A DNA stretch of 64,000 bases from Gammaproteobacteria bacterium (GTDB lineage: Bacteria; Pseudomonadota; Gammaproteobacteria; G965277405). The position numbers and the translations under genes were made by a program. The notes under the pieces were generated by a model. That model ran no database searches and had not been told where the DNA came from. It was given only the letters and a program-made list of their open reading frames with translations. The stretch spans positions 192,001 through 256,000 of the forward strand of contig OZ255726.1 in assembly GCA_965277405.1 (NCBI GenBank). The letters are read 5' to 3'. Below are positions 62,869 through 64,000 of this stretch, one piece after another (position 1 is the stretch's first letter; each line of letters opens with the position of its first letter).

Positions 62869-64000
62869 ACATCCGTAGTATTTTGATTGCAAACCGGGGG
62901 GAAATTGCGGTGCGGGTCATTCGTGCAGCAACAGCACTCGGGCTTAGAACCGTGCAGGTTTATAGTGAAGCGGACGCAGACTCGTTGGCTGTGCGCATGG
63001 CCGATGAGGCTATTTTAATAGGGCCTCCATCTGCCGCGAAATCATATCTGAATATTGATGCAATCATGAAGGCAGCCCGTCAAACCAAGGTAGATGCGAT
63101 CCATCCTGGCTACGGATTTCTTGCTGAAAATGCCGACTTTGCTGACGCTGTTGTCGCAGCAAATATGGTGTTTATTGGCCCAAATGGTGAATCAATTAGA
63201 CTGTTGGGCGACAAAGTTTCCGCGCGAAAAGTTGCCAAAGCAGCTAATGTTCCGACAGTTCCAGGGAGCGATGGCAGGGTTGCTGATATAGCAGCAGGTC
63301 GCCAGATAATAGACGAAATCGGCTATCCAGCGATGATCAAGGCTGCTGCTGGTGGTGGTGGTCGCGGCATTCGCATTGTTGCAAATATGCAGGAGTTTGA
63401 GAGGTTCTTCCCCCAAGCATCAGTCGAAGCGCTGGCGTCGTTTGGCGACGGTGGTCTCTATATTGAAAAGATGATCGAAACGGCGCGGCATATTGAAGTG
63501 CAGATTTTGGGCGACGGTAACAATTTTATACATTGTTTTGAGCGCGAATGTTCGATGCAGCGGCGGCGGCAAAAAGTTTGGGAAGAAGCCCCAGCTTGTT
63601 GTCTGAGCCAAGCAGTGCGTACCACACTTTGCCAGCATGCTGTGGCGCTTGCCAAGCTGGTAAAATACAAAGGCGCTGGAACCGTTGAGTTCCTATATGA
63701 TGAAAAGACGCAGGAGTTTTACTTTATTGAGGTAAATACGCGTATTCAGGTCGAACATACAATTACGGAAGCGATCACTGGGATTGACCTCGTTCAGCAG
63801 ATGATCCGCATTGCTGGAGGTGAGAGGCTGTCAATTAAACAAGACGATTTGCAGATTAACGGACACGCAATCGAATGCCGCATCAATGCAGAGGATCCAA
63901 TGAATAATTTCATGCCGTGGCCAGGGATTGTGGAACAACTTGAAGTCCCAAAAGGAGAAGATATTCGTTTTGATACCTTGTTATATCCAGGATATTCAAT
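62865..64000 (+). CDS. Biotin carboxylase (AccC-like), runs off window end
   Basis: GTG start; ILIANRGEIAVR, HPGYGFLAEN, GGGGRG, RECSMQRR, EVNTRIQVEH; not in ORF track because it has no stop in the window. Confidence 0.93.
   Translation, partial: MNIRSILIANRGEIAVRVIRAATALGLRTVQVYSEADADSLAVRMADEAILIGPPSAAKSYLNIDAIMKAARQTKVDAIHPGYGFLAENADFADAVVAANMVFIGPNGESIRLLGDKVSARKVAKAANVPTVPGSDGRVADIAAGRQIIDEIGYPAMIKAAAGGGGRGIRIVANMQEFERFFPQASVEALASFGDGGLYIEKMIETARHIEVQILGDGNNFIHCFERECSMQRRRQKVWEEAPACCLSQAVRTTLCQHAVALAKLVKYKGAGTVEFLYDEKTQEFYFIEVNTRIQVEHTITEAITGIDLVQQMIRIAGGERLSIKQDDLQINGHAIECRINAEDPMNNFMPWPGIVEQLEVPKGEDIRFDTLLYPGYS

Noticed and set aside
53800-64000. Prophage or integrative element at tmRNA
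   Set aside because: No integrase, phage genes or duplicated tmRNA 3' end visible within the window

Overview
Chromosomal window from a gammaproteobacterium that looks reduced and rearranged (isolated gltD, pstS and rpoD, a partial T2SS operon, several pseudogenes), possibly host-associated. Housekeeping genes include folD, coaE, hemW, degP, argE, glmU, aat, gltD, fbp, rpoD, metG, gapA, aroD, sppA and rpsF-rpsR-rplI-rpsT, plus tRNA-Arg(UCU), tRNA-Ile2(CAU) and tmRNA. There are two Dpp/Opp ABC clusters, one with an MlrC peptidase, a D-threonine-aldolase-like enzyme, RidA and RpiR, as well as a Phd/RelE toxin-antitoxin pair and the start of a pxpA/biotin carboxylase cluster. The most notable signals are: (i) about 13 loci of a ~280-300 bp IS5-type MITE that mostly sits co-oriented at gene 3' ends, supplies stop codons and adds a 19-aa tail to ribosomal protein S20, with a decayed IS5 transposase sharing its end; (ii) an AT-rich islet behind tmRNA, bounded by a 44-bp direct repeat, encoding a tandem DUF262 pair (GmrSD/TgvAB-like defence candidate); (iii) an unannotated sigma54-promoter sRNA candidate with A-rich motifs next to a perfect 25-bp inverted repeat; and (iv) a DnaA-box trio with DARS-like geometry. 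All calls come from reading the sequence and recalling family motifs; no searches were run.
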